A stretch of 54,931 nucleotides of DNA from a virus (taxonomy: Duplodnaviria; Caudoviricetes). Below the pieces are notes generated by a model, which saw only the letters and a program-made list of their open reading frames with translations, was not told the origin of the DNA and did not search any database. The stretch lies in the IMG/VR virus record IMGVR_UViG_3300028897_000717, positions 1 through 54,931 of that record; one strand, given 5' to 3'. Position numbers and translations under genes: made by a program. This document shows, piece after piece, positions 54,897-54,931 of the stretch; positions within the stretch are counted from its first letter, which is position 1, and each line of letters begins with the position of its first letter.

Positions 54897-54931
54897 CTAA
54901 AAATCCTTAAATGGGAAATCTTGCGTCTACT

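Noticed and set aside
1-54931. tRNA/rRNA genes, IS transposases, reverse transcriptase/DGR
   Set aside because: None recognised by eye; intergenic gaps are short. tRNAscan/Infernal were not run

Overview
A 55-kb fragment of an HK97-type tailed phage or prophage. Almost all genes are on the minus strand and read right to left: terS, terL, an ~18-kb insertion, portal (intein-containing, fused to a MuF-like domain), prohead protease, major capsid protein, decoration/accessory virion genes, head-tail connector, and a second ~13-kb enzyme block. The insertion between terL and portal encodes a near-complete nonulosonic acid (legionaminic-acid-like) pathway plus APS kinase, a sulfotransferase and a TPP-dependent E1 alpha/beta pair. 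The block after the connector encodes a GT9 glycosyltransferase, six sulfotransferase-like proteins, three radical SAM enzymes, a split transketolase and a methyltransferase. A sialyltransferase/Maf-like protein with an intein lies among Ser/Thr-rich head proteins. Together this suggests (inference) a phage-encoded system that makes sulfated, nonulosonate-containing glycans for the virion or host surface. Other notable signals: 12 copies of a 16-bp palindrome TTCCCG-N4-CGGGAA; an HNH endonuclease gene nested antisense inside a DNA methyltransferase whose frame stays open; a frameshifted neuB; exported and lipoprotein genes in the structural region; and several structured intergenic elements. 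All assignments come from reading motifs by eye; no database searches were run.
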